Both the position numbers and the translations under genes were made by a program. A stretch of 64,000 nucleotides of DNA, from the NCBI GenBank assembly GCA_963842885.1, contig CAWJIE010000004.1:352706-416705 (forward strand), written 5' to 3'. A model generated the notes under the pieces. It did not search any database and was not told where the DNA came from. It worked only from the letters and a program-made list of their open reading frames with translations. Every line of letters begins with the position of its first letter. Within the stretch, counting starts at the first letter, position 1. This stretch comes from an uncultured Nitrososphaerota archaeon. GTDB taxonomy: Archaea; Thermoproteota; Nitrososphaeria; Conexivisphaerales; DTJL01. Below, piece by piece: positions 36,626-47,106 of the stretch.

Positions 36626-37448
36626 CTATCTCGCTACGAAGACTATCTCCCCGGCCTCGGGCCTTCCCTTCTGCCTGAGCTTCCAGTCGGCGTAGGGCAC
36701 GACCTTCTCGAACCCCGCGTCCTCGAGGTAGCGCTTGACGTCCCAGAAGGTGAGCAGCCGGAACCTCTCTTGGTCACGGAAGACGTGATTGCCATCGGGG
36801 GCCTCGACGACGGAGACTTCGTCGGACCACAGGACGCCCTTCACCGGGTCGAAGTCCTTCAGCCTGTCCACCTCCATTATGCGGATCCCCCGGGCCCGGA
36901 CCTCGGAAACGGACGTCCCCCTGTCGAGGAGCTCCATGAGCTCCCCGCCCGCCCCTCGTGAAGGGATTGTAGATGTTGCAGATGAGGACCCCGCCCGGAG
37001 AGAGGGCCTCCCGGATGCCCTTCAGGCACCTCTTGATGTCCTCGTCGCTCGGCAGGAGGAAGAGTATGTACAGGGCCAGGACAGCATCGAACCGCTCGCC
37101 CTTCGGGAGCTTGGTGGCATCGCCCTGCCTCAGGGTCACTTTGACTCCCATACGTTCAGCCCGCGCTCGGGCCGCCCTCACACGCTCGGCCGTGAAATCG
37201 CAGCCGGTGCATTCGTAGCCGCGTTTCGCGAGGCCGACGATGTGGCGGCCGCCGCCACAGGCGACGTCCAGGACCCTGGCGACGGGCCGGGCCGAATGGA
37301 CCTTGAAGGCGGACTCGATGAAATCAAGGTCTCGTTTCGTCTCCTTGTCCGCGAGGGTCCTCTGCGCGATGAGGTCATAGTAATGCGCGCGCCTGGCGTA
37401 GTACCTCCTGGAGTGGCCGAGGACGGTCTTTCTGCCCTCTCCTGTCAT
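36626..37448 (-). CDS. Class I SAM-dependent methyltransferase, frameshift near 36945
   Basis: VLDVACGGGRH, QGDA and LSPGGVLI. The C-terminal half is ORF 36626..36937. Confidence 0.82.
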
Positions 37449-37643
37449 CTCAATCCTCGTTCAATCGCCCGGCTATTAATCGCTAGCCCCGGCGAAGCGG
37501 ACAGAAGCTCATGTCGTCGTCGAGACATTATGGGTTACGGGAGCATGACGGGCCCAGAGAAGACCGTCGACGTCGCCATGGGCTCGCGCAGGGCAAGCAC
37601 GCCGTCTCCAAGGCATAATCCAGAAAAAGCGGTCTTGAGGCGG

Positions 37644-38000
37644 CTACTTCTCTTTCTTCTTGGGGAACTCGTACATCTTCACGTCGCTGGCCGACCGGTA
37701 CAACCTTGAGGGCACGCTGTGAGTAAGATCTAGGAATGGGTAGATTTCTGCCATCATCTCGTCTTCGACCTTCGATTCTCGGATCTTGTCAAAGTCGCCG
37801 TACTCCTTCATCTCCCACCAGTCCTCGGCGTCGTATTCGCCGAAGCCCAGGACGGGGAAGAACGTGCCGATGTACTTGATCCCGGTCTCCTTCTCGTAGG
37901 CCTTGACCAGCTTCTTCGCCTTCTTTGAGTTGAGCCAATCCCTGAACGCCGCCGCCTTCTCCACCTTCAGGAAGTAGGGTGTGACGTAGTAGACGGGCAT
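37644..38000 (-). CDS. Hypothetical protein
   Basis: 118-aa ORF with strong codon bias and a TATA-like sequence upstream. Confidence 0.7.
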   Translation of the reverse strand: MPVYYVTPYFLKVEKAAAFRDWLNSKKAKKLVKAYEKETGIKYIGTFFPVLGFGEYDAEDWWEMKEYGDFDKIRESKVEDEMMAEIYPFLDLTHSVPSRLYRSASDVKMYEFPKKKEK

Positions 38001-38165
38001 TCAGTATCAGCGAAGCCTTCTCCCTCTCGCGAACATATAAAGTCTCGCCGCATGCCGCAGCTCCGCCAGGGGCGCCCCGCCGGGGCGTCTATATTCACCA
38101 TCATCATGACCGGCAATACCCTTTTATGGGGATGTTCCGACGCTTGAAAGCGAGCGTATAGGGCG

Positions 38166-39095
38166 ATGGTTGAAAGCGTCATCGAAGTCAACTCGCTGGA
38201 GAAGAACTACGGCAGCCTGAAGGCCGTGGCCGGCATCTCCTTTGACGTCAAGCCGGGAGAGGTCTTCTCCCTGCTGGGCCCCAACGGGGCCGGCAAGACC
38301 ACCACGATAGAGATACTCGAGGGGCTGAGGGAGAGGGACGGAGGGGACGTGAAGGTCCTCGGCCTCGATCCCTGGAAGCACGGCTACGAGCTCCACAGGA
38401 AGCTCGGCGTCATCGCCCAGGGCTTCAGGTTCTTCGACTACACGACGCCCAAGGAGGCGGTGCAGTACTACGCCGACCCTCTTCGGGGTCAAGGTGGACG
38501 CCGACGCCATATTGGAGCGCGTCCTCCTGGACGACGTCTCGGGCAAGTGGTACAAGAACCTCTCAGGGGGCCAGAAGCAGAAGTACGGCCTGGCCCTTTC
38601 CCTGGTGAACGACCCCCAGCTCGTCTTCCTGGACGAGCCCACGACGGGCCTCGACCCTCAGGCGAGGAGGGCCGTGTGGGACGTCATAAGGGCAGCTCAA
38701 GAAGGAGGGGAGGGCCGTCCTCCTCACCACCCACTACCTCCAGGAGGCCGAGGAGCTGGCCGACAGGGTGGCCATAATGAACTTCGGCAAGATAATCACG
38801 TCCGGCACCCCGGAGGAGATAATCGTCAAGTACAGCACAGGCGAGAGGCTCGTGGTCAAGGGAGGCCAGGAGCTGGCCGCCTACCTCCTGAAGGCCGGGC
38901 TCAAGGTCGACGTCTGGAAGGACGAGATCGAAATAGGGATAGAGCAGAAGCATGACGCGGTCGAAGCGCATGGCCGCCATCGACAGGTCGGGCTTCGACT
39001 GGAGCGACCTCAGGACCCGGCGCGAGACCCTCGAGGACATCTTCGTGAGGCTCGTGGGCAGGACCGAGGAGACGGGCGAGAGGGTGACCGCCTGA
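38166..39095 (+). CDS. ABC exporter ATP-binding protein with multiple frameshifts
   Basis: [27 protein letters not shown] and TTHY spread across three ORFs. Confidence 0.82.
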
Positions 39096-40188
39096 TGATC
39101 AGCGTGAACCGCATCTGGGCCGACCTGAAGGTCACCTCAAGGGGCTTCATCAGGAGCAGGATAGGCCTCTTCTTCGCACTCATCTTCCCCATGATACTGA
39201 TACTCCTCTTCGGGGCCATCTTCTCCGGCACCTCCGGCGCCCACGGGCGCCTACGTGCAGAACCTGGACGGCACGCCGGTGAGCGCCCAGTTCATCACCT
39301 CCCTGAACAGCACCCACTTCATCACACTCACCTCCGTCCCCGCGGCCGACAACTTCTCCCAGTACCTCCTCTCTCATTCATCCTCGGACGGGATCATCAT
39401 ACCCCAGGGCTTCCAGGCGCAGTACCTGGCTGGGTTGCCCGTCAACATCACCCTCTACGGGAACCCGGCGTCGTCGTCCAGCGCCATAGTCTCGGGGGTC
39501 ACCCAGAGCGTGGTGAACGCCTACAACCTGGGCAGGGCCAACACGACGGACGGTCATAGGCGTGCAGAGCCTTACGATAAAGTCCCAGAACCTGAAGTAC
39601 ATCGACTTCCTGATCCCCGGCCTCATAGGGTTCTCCATACTGACCTCCCCCATGTTCGCCATGGTGAACATCACCTCCCAGTACAAGCGTGACAAGCTCT
39701 TCAAGCAGCTCTCCCTCACGCCCCTCACCAAGGGGGAGTGGCTCGTCGCAAAGGTCCTCTGGTACTGGTTCATCACGTTCGCCTCGTTCCTCATGATGTG
39801 CGCGGTGGGCATCTACGGCTTCGGGGCGGACATCACCCTGACCGCCGCCATAGTGCCCTTCCTGCTGGTGGGCCCGCTCCTCTTCGTCTCCCTGGGCATG
39901 CTCGTGGGGACGGTCTCCAACAGCGTCGAGTCGGCGGCCGTGGTGGGCAACCTCATCACCTTCCCCATGATGTTCCTCTCGGGGACCTTCTTCCCTGTCG
40001 CCACCATGCCGCAGTACCTCCAGATGATCGCGCACTTCCTCCCCCTCTACTACGTCATAGAGGGCCTCAACAACGTGATGACCTACAACAACCTCAACGC
40101 GGCCCTCCTCGACCTCGGCGTGGTCTTCGCCATCGCGGCCATAACCTTCTGCCTGGCGATCTTCTTCTTCAAGTGGAGAGAGGACTAG
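39095..40188 (+). CDS. ABC-2 permease with multiple frameshifts
   Basis: FFALIFPMILILLFG..., YIDFLIPG and FLSGTFFP spread across ORFs. Confidence 0.82.
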
Positions 40189-40239
40189 GGAAGGAAGCCG
40201 GGTGACGACGAATAAAAGGGAGCTCCTTCTGACACCCGT

Positions 40240-41499
40240 GTGATATTGACCGAGACGACGAAGCCTGATGGGACCCGCCCAGAGGGGGGAACCACCAAGC
40301 CAGCGAAGGTGGGCCTCCTAGCTAGCGTCCCGAGGAGGGTCATGCTCCTGATCGTCGTCATGGCCGTCAACAACTTCGCACTAAGCTACCTCATGATCGT
40401 CATAGCTGCCTACCTCCCCCAGATCGGCGTCTCGACGGCGACCGTGGGGCTGGTCATGGGCGTCGAAGGCCTCTCCGTGGCCTTCCTCGCCATCCCCTTT
40501 GGATTCTTCTCCGACAGGAGGGGGCGCAAGCGCATACTCATCCTGGGCAGCTTCGGCGTCGTGCCCATATTCTTCGTCGTGGCGATGACCAAGGACACCC
40601 TCCCCCTGGTGCTGGCGGGGATGCTCGGAGGCATCGCCGAAGGGGCGTACCTGTCCACGGTCAACGCCCTGATCGCGGACCAGACGGCCCCTGAGAACAG
40701 AGATTCGGCCTTCACGCTATCCTTCATCCTGGGGGGAGCGGGGGGAAGCCTGGGGACGGCCCTCCCCTTCTTCGTCCCGGCGTTGGCCCTCCTCCTCGGA
40801 TCGAGCAGCCACAGCGTCCACGTCGACTTCTTGGTCTTCTTCGGTGTGGTGAGCGCCCTCGTTCCCTTTGGGCTCTACCTCATCCTGAGGGGCTACCGTG
40901 AAACGCTCAGGCCTGGCATGGGACTGCTCAGGGGCGGAAGCACTCGGAACCTGCTCAAGTTCTCGGGGATAAATTCCCTCATAGGGCTGGGGGCGGGGTT
41001 CATCATCCCCCTCATACCCACATGGCTCTTCCTCAAGTTCGCCGTGCCCGACACCTACAGCGGCCCCGTCCTGGCCCTGGCTGGAGCCACCATCGGCCTG
41101 GGGGCCCTCTACAGCCCCCGGCTGTCCAGGAGGCTTGGGCTGGTCAAGGCCATCGCCCTGACCCAGGCGCTCTCCCTGGTCTTCATGGTGTCGCTCGCCT
41201 TCATGGGGAACGTCACCATAGCGGTCCTCTTCTACGTCGTAAGGGCGATGCTCATGAACATGTCCTCTCCCCTGTCCGACTCCTTCCTCATGGGCATCGT
41301 CGTCAAGGAGGAGAGGGGCGTCGCCTCCTCCGTCAACTCCGTGATATGGAGGATACCCAACAGCGTGACGACGATCGTGGGAGGCGCCATCCTGGCCTCG
41401 GGCAACTACGTGCTACCATTCCTCCTGGCCGGGGCCTTCTACGCCGTCGCCATTTCGCTGTTCTATCCCACCTTCAGGAACGTGAAGCCCTTAAGCTGA
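40240..41499 (+). CDS. MFS transporter
   Basis: About 12 TM helices and motif A GFFSDRRGRK. Confidence 0.9.
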   Translation: MILTETTKPDGTRPEGGTTKPAKVGLLASVPRRVMLLIVVMAVNNFALSYLMIVIAAYLPQIGVSTATVGLVMGVEGLSVAFLAIPFGFFSDRRGRKRILILGSFGVVPIFFVVAMTKDTLPLVLAGMLGGIAEGAYLSTVNALIADQTAPENRDSAFTLSFILGGAGGSLGTALPFFVPALALLLGSSSHSVHVDFLVFFGVVSALVPFGLYLILRGYRETLRPGMGLLRGGSTRNLLKFSGINSLIGLGAGFIIPLIPTWLFLKFAVPDTYSGPVLALAGATIGLGALYSPRLSRRLGLVKAIALTQALSLVFMVSLAFMGNVTIAVLFYVVRAMLMNMSSPLSDSFLMGIVVKEERGVASSVNSVIWRIPNSVTTIVGGAILASGNYVLPFLLAGAFYAVAISLFYPTFRNVKPLS

Positions 41500-41716
41500 A
41501 ACCCTGGACCCATGTACGAGAGCATCACCGGCTAGCGCGATATGGACGCCTCAGGTTTCCTCCCCTTCAAGCGCACGAGTTCGACAATAGACGAGCAGTC
41601 GCCGTACAACTGACTAGTTCTAATACTAGGAGGCCGGAACTCCGCGGAATTGCGGAGTAACGGGCTTTCGGAAGGACATGAAAGGGGACGACCCGCCCAG
41701 GGTGTGGCAACTGACC

Positions 41717-43177
41717 TTGTTTGAGAAGGTCTTGGTCGCCAACCGCGGAGAGATCGCCGTCCGCGTGATGAAGACCCTGAGAAGGCTGGGAATCCGTTCG
41801 GTCGCCGTCTACTCCGAGGTCGACGAGTGTGCCCTTCACGTAGGGACCGCCGACCAGGCCATCAGCATCGGCGGAGCGGCGCCGACGGAGAGTTACCTCA
41901 ATGGAATGATGGTCCTCGACGCGGCCGAGGAATCCGGCGCGGAGGCCGTCCATCCGGGCTACGGGTTCCTCTCGGAGAACCCGACCTTCGCGAAGGCATG
42001 CGAGGAGAGGGGGTTGAAGTTCGTCGGCCCCAGCTCGGAGACGCTGACCCTGACGGGCGACAAGCTGGAGTGCAAGAAGCTGGCAGCACGGGCGGGGGTT
42101 CCGGTCATCCCGGGCTCGGAGGGCCCTGTGGGGAGCCTCTACCAGGCGGAGGAGGTGGCGGAGCGGATCGGGTACCCGGTGATGCTCAAGACGGCCTACG
42201 GAGGCGGAGGGCTCGGGATTAGGGAGGTCTCCTCCAAAGAGGAGCTGGGGGAGAGATACTCCAATGCCGTCGGAGAGGCCATGCACGCCTTCGGCAGAGC
42301 CTCGATGTACGTGGAGAAGATAGTCACACCCGCCAGGCACATAGAGGTCCAGATACTTGCCGACGGGAAGGGACGTGTGGTCCACCTTGGGGAGAGGGAG
42401 TGCAGCGTACAGCGCCGGCACCAGAAGCTCATCGAAATGACGCCCTCCCCCGCCGTGGACGACCTCCTCCGGGAACGGCTGGGGAGGTACGCCGTCACCA
42501 TGGCGGAGAGGGTGGGCTACGAGAACGCCGGGACGATGGAGTTCCTCCTGGACGGAGAGGGGAACCCCTACTTCCTCGAGGTGAACTCCAGGATCCAGGT
42601 GGAGCATCCGGTGACCGAGATGGTGACAGGCCTCGACCTGGTCGCCGAGCAGCTCGCCATAGCGGCCGGAGAGGGGACGTCGGTCCCGAAGGGCGGCGTC
42701 GAAAGGAACGGGGCCGCCATAGAGTGCAGGGTGAACGCCGAGGACCCGCTGAGGCGGTTCCTCCCCAGCTCCGGCATCGTCAGGCACCTGCGCCTTCCGA
42801 GGGGGGAGGGGATCCGGGTGGACTCTTCATTGTATCAGGGCTGCGAAGTGCCGGTCTTCTACGATTCCCTGATAGCGAAGGTGATAGCCCATGGGCGCAA
42901 CCTGGAGGAGGCGAGGAGGTCGATGATCGCGGCCCTGGACGACTTCGAGATCGAGGGGCTGGCCACCACCATCCCGTTGCAGCAGGAGCTGATGGGCTCG
43001 GACGCGTTCCTGCGGTGGGACCTCTCCACGGACTTCATCCCCAAGAACGGGATATTGGACAGGCTGGCGGCCAGGACGGAGGAGCGGAGGGCGAGGGAGC
43101 TTAAGGTCCGCGCCGAGCTTGCGGCGGAGATGACCAGGGTCTACGGAAGGCCGAGAAGCAGGGAGTTCGAGAACTAG
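41717..43177 (+). CDS. accC: Biotin carboxylase subunit
   Basis: KVLVANRGEIA, HPGYGFLSEN, ERECSVQRRHQK, FLEVNSRIQVEH and YDSLIAK. Confidence 0.93.
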   Translation: MFEKVLVANRGEIAVRVMKTLRRLGIRSVAVYSEVDECALHVGTADQAISIGGAAPTESYLNGMMVLDAAEESGAEAVHPGYGFLSENPTFAKACEERGLKFVGPSSETLTLTGDKLECKKLAARAGVPVIPGSEGPVGSLYQAEEVAERIGYPVMLKTAYGGGGLGIREVSSKEELGERYSNAVGEAMHAFGRASMYVEKIVTPARHIEVQILADGKGRVVHLGERECSVQRRHQKLIEMTPSPAVDDLLRERLGRYAVTMAERVGYENAGTMEFLLDGEGNPYFLEVNSRIQVEHPVTEMVTGLDLVAEQLAIAAGEGTSVPKGGVERNGAAIECRVNAEDPLRRFLPSSGIVRHLRLPRGEGIRVDSSLYQGCEVPVFYDSLIAKVIAHGRNLEEARRSMIAALDDFEIEGLATTIPLQQELMGSDAFLRWDLSTDFIPKNGILDRLAARTEERRARELKVRAELAAEMTRVYGRPRSREFEN

Positions 43178-43285
43178 ATGGCCCGACGACCCCGGCTCTC
43201 ATGATTCTCTCGGTCGCCGTCGCGAGATGGAGACACTCCCGTCAACGCTTAAGTGGAGCGCCCACGTCATCTATCCTGAGCTGGA

Positions 43286-43477
43286 TTGAAGAAGGACAGC
43301 CCCTACGCGTTTGTGGCAGGGATCGTCATTACACTTGTCCTGTGGCTCATCGTGGTGGAGATCATCTGGCCGGCGTCCATCTCCCTGTATTTCTTCCCCA
43401 TCTCCATCTTCGTCATCATCGTCTGGCTCAACGGCTGGCGCGTCTCTAGGAAGAGGGAGAAGGCACCGACCGGATAG
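43286..43477 (+). CDS. Small 2-TM membrane protein
   Basis: Two hydrophobic segments and a basic tail. Confidence 0.55.
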   Translation: MKKDSPYAFVAGIVITLVLWLIVVEIIWPASISLYFFPISIFVIIVWLNGWRVSRKREKAPTG

Positions 43478-43503
43478 CCGCGGCTTGATGTGCCCCTGCA
43501 GGA

Positions 43504-43998
43504 TCAGGGGCTTCGTTCCAGCGCCCTCTCAAGGGCCAGCGCGACACATACGGCCATCCCAACCGCAGCGAAGGCGAAGAGACCCGGGAACTCGGGAACG
43601 GGCGTGGACACCACGACCTTCCCCGTCATAACGACGTCGAGCGTGCTGGAATACGTATAGGTGCCAGGAGTGTTGAACGTATGGGTGAAGGACTGGCCTG
43701 GATTCATCGACCCCGAGTCCCACGACTCCGCCTGCCCGGGGTCGGAGGTTGTGGTCTGCTGCCCCGCCATGTCCGTCCAGTTCACCGTGTCGCCGACGTT
43801 CACGGTTATCGTGCTGGGGGTGAAGTAGTAGCCGCCCATCCCGTCCGATTCCATCAACACCGGCCAGTTCGTAGCGGCTCGGGCGGGAGCCGGAGTGGCC
43901 AGGCCTGAGACTGCGGCCGAGGCGAGCATGGCCAGTACGAAGGCCGTCAGGAAACAGGCGCCGACCAGGGGCTTCAAGCTCCTTCCTCTTGTTATCAT
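43504..43998 (-). CDS. Secreted cupredoxin-fold protein with a PEF-CTERM-type anchor, lacking type-1 Cu ligands
   Basis: Signal peptide, FTPSTITVNVGDTVNW, WDSGSMNPGQSFTHTF..PGTYTY, then VPEFP + TM helix + Arg residues. Confidence 0.8.
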   Translation of the reverse strand: MITRGRSLKPLVGACFLTAFVLAMLASAAVSGLATPAPARAATNWPVLMESDGMGGYYFTPSTITVNVGDTVNWTDMAGQQTTTSDPGQAESWDSGSMNPGQSFTHTFNTPGTYTYSSTLDVVMTGKVVVSTPVPEFPGLFAFAAVGMAVCVALALERALERSP

Positions 43999-44139
43999 AT
44001 AGAACTCCCGTGCCCCGGCCGAATAATAAATTTTTCCCTGGAGTGAAGGGATAGCTCACGTCGGCCCGGTGGGGGGTCCCATCCCCACGGAGGGGGCGAG
44101 GGCCTCCGTGCGTGACCCTGCGGCGACGACATCTCCGCG

Positions 44140-44748
44140 TTAGATGGTGAGCGGCTCCCCATGTCCCGGGAGGATCGTGATGGGCTTCATGCCCATGACC
44201 TTGTCGAACGACTCGAGCGCCTTCGCTTGATCATAGGTGAACCTCCTGTTGACGGAGGCCTTCCCTCCATCTGTGGATATGGCGTCCCCTGAGAAGATGA
44301 GCCTCTCCTGCTCCAGGAGAAAGGAGGTGCTTCCGGGCGTATGGCCGGGGGTCTCTATGACCTTCAGCCCCCCCAGGGAGAGGGTGGCGACGTCCCGGAC
44401 GTCCTCCACGGGCTTGGGCTTGGAGAAGCTGGCCACCAACCCTGGAAGGAACCCTGGCGCCACCTCCATCTTCTTCTTCCCCTGTATGACCGGGACCTCG
44501 ACTCCGGGGGCATATATCGCCGGCCGGAACGTGTCGTAGATGAGCTTCAGGCCCCCGACGTGGTCCATGTGGTAGTGCGTTATCAGGACGAAGTCAGGTC
44601 CATAGCCGTGGCTTGTGAAGAAATCTACGATCTTCCTCCCCGAGCCCTCGGTCCCAGCATCGACGAGCACCACCTTGCCGCCCAAGGCGATGACGTATGC
44701 GTTGGCCATCGTGCCGTTCACCCTCTCCACAGAATCGGAGATCTTCAT
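44140..44748 (-). CDS. MBL-fold metallo-hydrolase
   Basis: THYHMDHVGG, TPGHTPG, SGDA and PGHG. Confidence 0.9.
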   Translation of the reverse strand: MKISDSVERVNGTMANAYVIALGGKVVLVDAGTEGSGRKIVDFFTSHGYGPDFVLITHYHMDHVGGLKLIYDTFRPAIYAPGVEVPVIQGKKKMEVAPGFLPGLVASFSKPKPVEDVRDVATLSLGGLKVIETPGHTPGSTSFLLEQERLIFSGDAISTDGGKASVNRRFTYDQAKALESFDKVMGMKPITILPGHGEPLTI

Positions 44749-44956
44749 GCTAACTCAGCCCTCCCACGGGGAGCACTAGAAAGGTCGGGATTATTCTGTT
44801 TTGCCCAAGCCGCAGAGCCTTGGCGGTGCAGGGACTGCAGGCACAACTAGAAGGGCAGAAGCCAAGTCTAAAACCCTCAACCGGGATGCGCCTTCTCGGG
44901 ACGCCCGAGACACTTGCGGCCAACTCCAAAACGTTATTAGAAACGGGACCCTCTCC

Positions 44957-45727
44957 ATGGATGGTTTGGCGAAGCTCCAGACAGTTCGGGACATAATGAC
45001 AGAGCGCCCGGTCGCCGTCGACTACGATACGCCCATCCTCAAGGCCCTGAAACGCATGCTTCGGCGCCGCGTGGGACATCTGGTCGTCGAGAGACAGGGG
45101 GAATACGTCAACCTTCTCTCCGAGCGGGACGTCCTGGGGATCGTCCCTGAGAGGATGGACCAACTGAGGACCGCGTCCGCCGGCTCCATGGCTTCGTCCC
45201 ATTCCGCCACCATATCGCCCAGGAAGGGGATTAGGGGGGCCGCCAAGGTGATGCTGTCAGAGAAGGCCAAGTTGCTCCTTGTATCGACGAAGCCAACGGG
45301 CGTGCTGACGGCCACAGACCTCGCCTACAGCCTCCCCTTCACGCGGGGCGCGCAGCCCAAGCTCACCTCGACGATGACCAGGGAGGTGGAGAGGGTGGAC
45401 TACGACACGCCCCTTGAAGACGTAATGCGGCTGATGAGGGAGAAGAGGATCGGCAGCGTGGTGGTCACTCGCCGTCGGAGGCGCTACGGCATCTTCACCG
45501 AGGGGGACCTCCTCCCGGTGCTCACGGCCGAGCCACTCGACATCAAAGCTCCGGTGGGCAAGCACTGCAGCAGGCCCGTCATAACCGCCCCACTGAAGTC
45601 CTCCATGGAGGAGGTGGTGACCCTGATGAAGAAGAACAGGGCCAAGAGGCTCCCCCTGACGAAGGACGGCAAGATTGTCGGAATCGTCACGGCCCGCGAC
45701 ATCGTAGATGCGTACGCGAAGCTATAG
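44957..45727 (+). CDS. CBS-domain protein (4 CBS repeats)
   Basis: VRDIMT, SERDV, TATDL, GIFTEGDL and GIVTARDI. Start taken at ATG 44957. Confidence 0.88.
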   Translation: MDGLAKLQTVRDIMTERPVAVDYDTPILKALKRMLRRRVGHLVVERQGEYVNLLSERDVLGIVPERMDQLRTASAGSMASSHSATISPRKGIRGAAKVMLSEKAKLLLVSTKPTGVLTATDLAYSLPFTRGAQPKLTSTMTREVERVDYDTPLEDVMRLMREKRIGSVVVTRRRRRYGIFTEGDLLPVLTAEPLDIKAPVGKHCSRPVITAPLKSSMEEVVTLMKKNRAKRLPLTKDGKIVGIVTARDIVDAYAKL

Positions 45728-45857
45728 CTCCGATGGCGCATCGAAGAACGTACCCGGCCGATGGGAAACCCTCGAGTTCGCCAGGCCGGCCTGGGCAACC
45801 GCCTGGACCACCACGAGACGGGATGGGTTCAAATCTCGCCCTGCCTGATCTAGCGCG

Positions 45858-46802
45858 ATGGGGATCAGGGACTTCAGGCCCTCGGACTATGGGCCATACG
45901 GACGGATACACGATGCGCTGTCCCCAGCCCAGCCGTTCTTCCCCGAGAGGGTGAAGTACGAGGATTCCTGCTTTGGGCGGACGAGGTACGCGATGAAGAG
46001 ATACGTGACCGAAGCCGACTCAGAGGTCGCGGCCGTAGGGGGGTTCAACCACCTCTTCTGGTCGTACCACCCGAAGAGGTTCTCGCTGTCCTTGGAGGTC
46101 CATCCGAGGTGGCAGCGACGGGGGATTGGCGGGGCCCTCTACGACCACCTGATCTCCGAGCTTCGGGGGATCGGCGCGGAGGCTGCGTGGGTCGAGCTGC
46201 CTTCCGATTCGACCTACGAGAGGAAGTTCGTGGAGGACAGGGGCTTCGTGGAGAGGAGGACCACGTTCGAGTCGGTGCTCGACCTGACCTCGGTCAATCC
46301 ATGGAGGCTGGAGCCGAAGGGAGGTTTGGCGGATCAAGGAATCACCATAGCGGACCTCTCCACGGAGATGAAGGATGACCCGAACGCGGGAAGGAAGCTC
46401 TTCGACTCGGAGGACAGCGCGGGCCAGGATGTCCCCAACATCGTCGAGGCGGAGGGGATGAGCTACCACGACTATGAGATAATAACCCTGCAGAACCCCC
46501 TGTACGTCTGGCGGGGGTCCTTCGTGGCCAAGCTCGGTGACGAATACGTCGGCTCAAGTTCCCTGCTCAGGGCGGAGACGAGCGACACGATGGACCAAGG
46601 TTTCACGGCGGTCAGGCCCGAGTTCAGGGGAAGGGGCATCGCCCAGGCCGTCAAGGTCCGCGTGGCAAGGTACGCCAGGGAGGCGGGCGTGAGGTCCCTG
46701 TGGACCCACAACGACTCCCGCAACAGGCCCATGCTAGCCTTGAACTGGAAGCTGGGTTTCGTGAAGAAGGCAGAATGGATAACGTTCGAGAAGAGCCTGT
46801 AG
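45858..46802 (+). CDS. Tandem GNAT acetyltransferase
   Basis: QRRGIGG and TAVRPEFRGRGIAQAVK..N..NRPMLALNWKLGF. Confidence 0.9.
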   Translation: MGIRDFRPSDYGPYGRIHDALSPAQPFFPERVKYEDSCFGRTRYAMKRYVTEADSEVAAVGGFNHLFWSYHPKRFSLSLEVHPRWQRRGIGGALYDHLISELRGIGAEAAWVELPSDSTYERKFVEDRGFVERRTTFESVLDLTSVNPWRLEPKGGLADQGITIADLSTEMKDDPNAGRKLFDSEDSAGQDVPNIVEAEGMSYHDYEIITLQNPLYVWRGSFVAKLGDEYVGSSSLLRAETSDTMDQGFTAVRPEFRGRGIAQAVKVRVARYAREAGVRSLWTHNDSRNRPMLALNWKLGFVKKAEWITFEKSL

Positions 46803-46979
46803 TTGGTGCTTCTCCTTGGGTGAAGTCGTTCCAAGGAGGCGCTCAAAGGCGTTTCCATGGAGGCCGCCTTCCCGTCCGGAGTCCTCCATCTTCTACCTGG
46901 GACGGGTGACTCATGGAAGGGCAAGTCACTTCCTCTATGCGTCCTCCTTAAATCATGGAGGTCGGACATCACGGTCGTC

Positions 46980-47056
46980 GGGCCGGTAGTTTAGGCTGGT
47001 AAAATGCTCGCTTCGCAAGCGAGAGTCCGCGGGTTCAAGTCCCGCCCGGTCCACCA
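46980..47056 (+). tRNA. tRNA-Ala(CGC), probable integration site
   Basis: GGGCCGG/CCGGTCC acceptor with G3:U70, CTCGC-TTCGCAA-GCGAG anticodon arm and CCA. Confidence 0.96.
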
Positions 47057-47106
47057 TAAACTGGTTTAAAACCCTTAAAAAGGGCGGCTAGCTGTACCCA
47101 TTCCGC

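Noticed and set aside
20200-47000. Long antisense and alternate-frame ORFs (e.g. 22571..23389, 25810..26736, 41567..42787)
   Set aside because: Shadow ORFs expected from high GC3 codon bias opposite well-supported genes.
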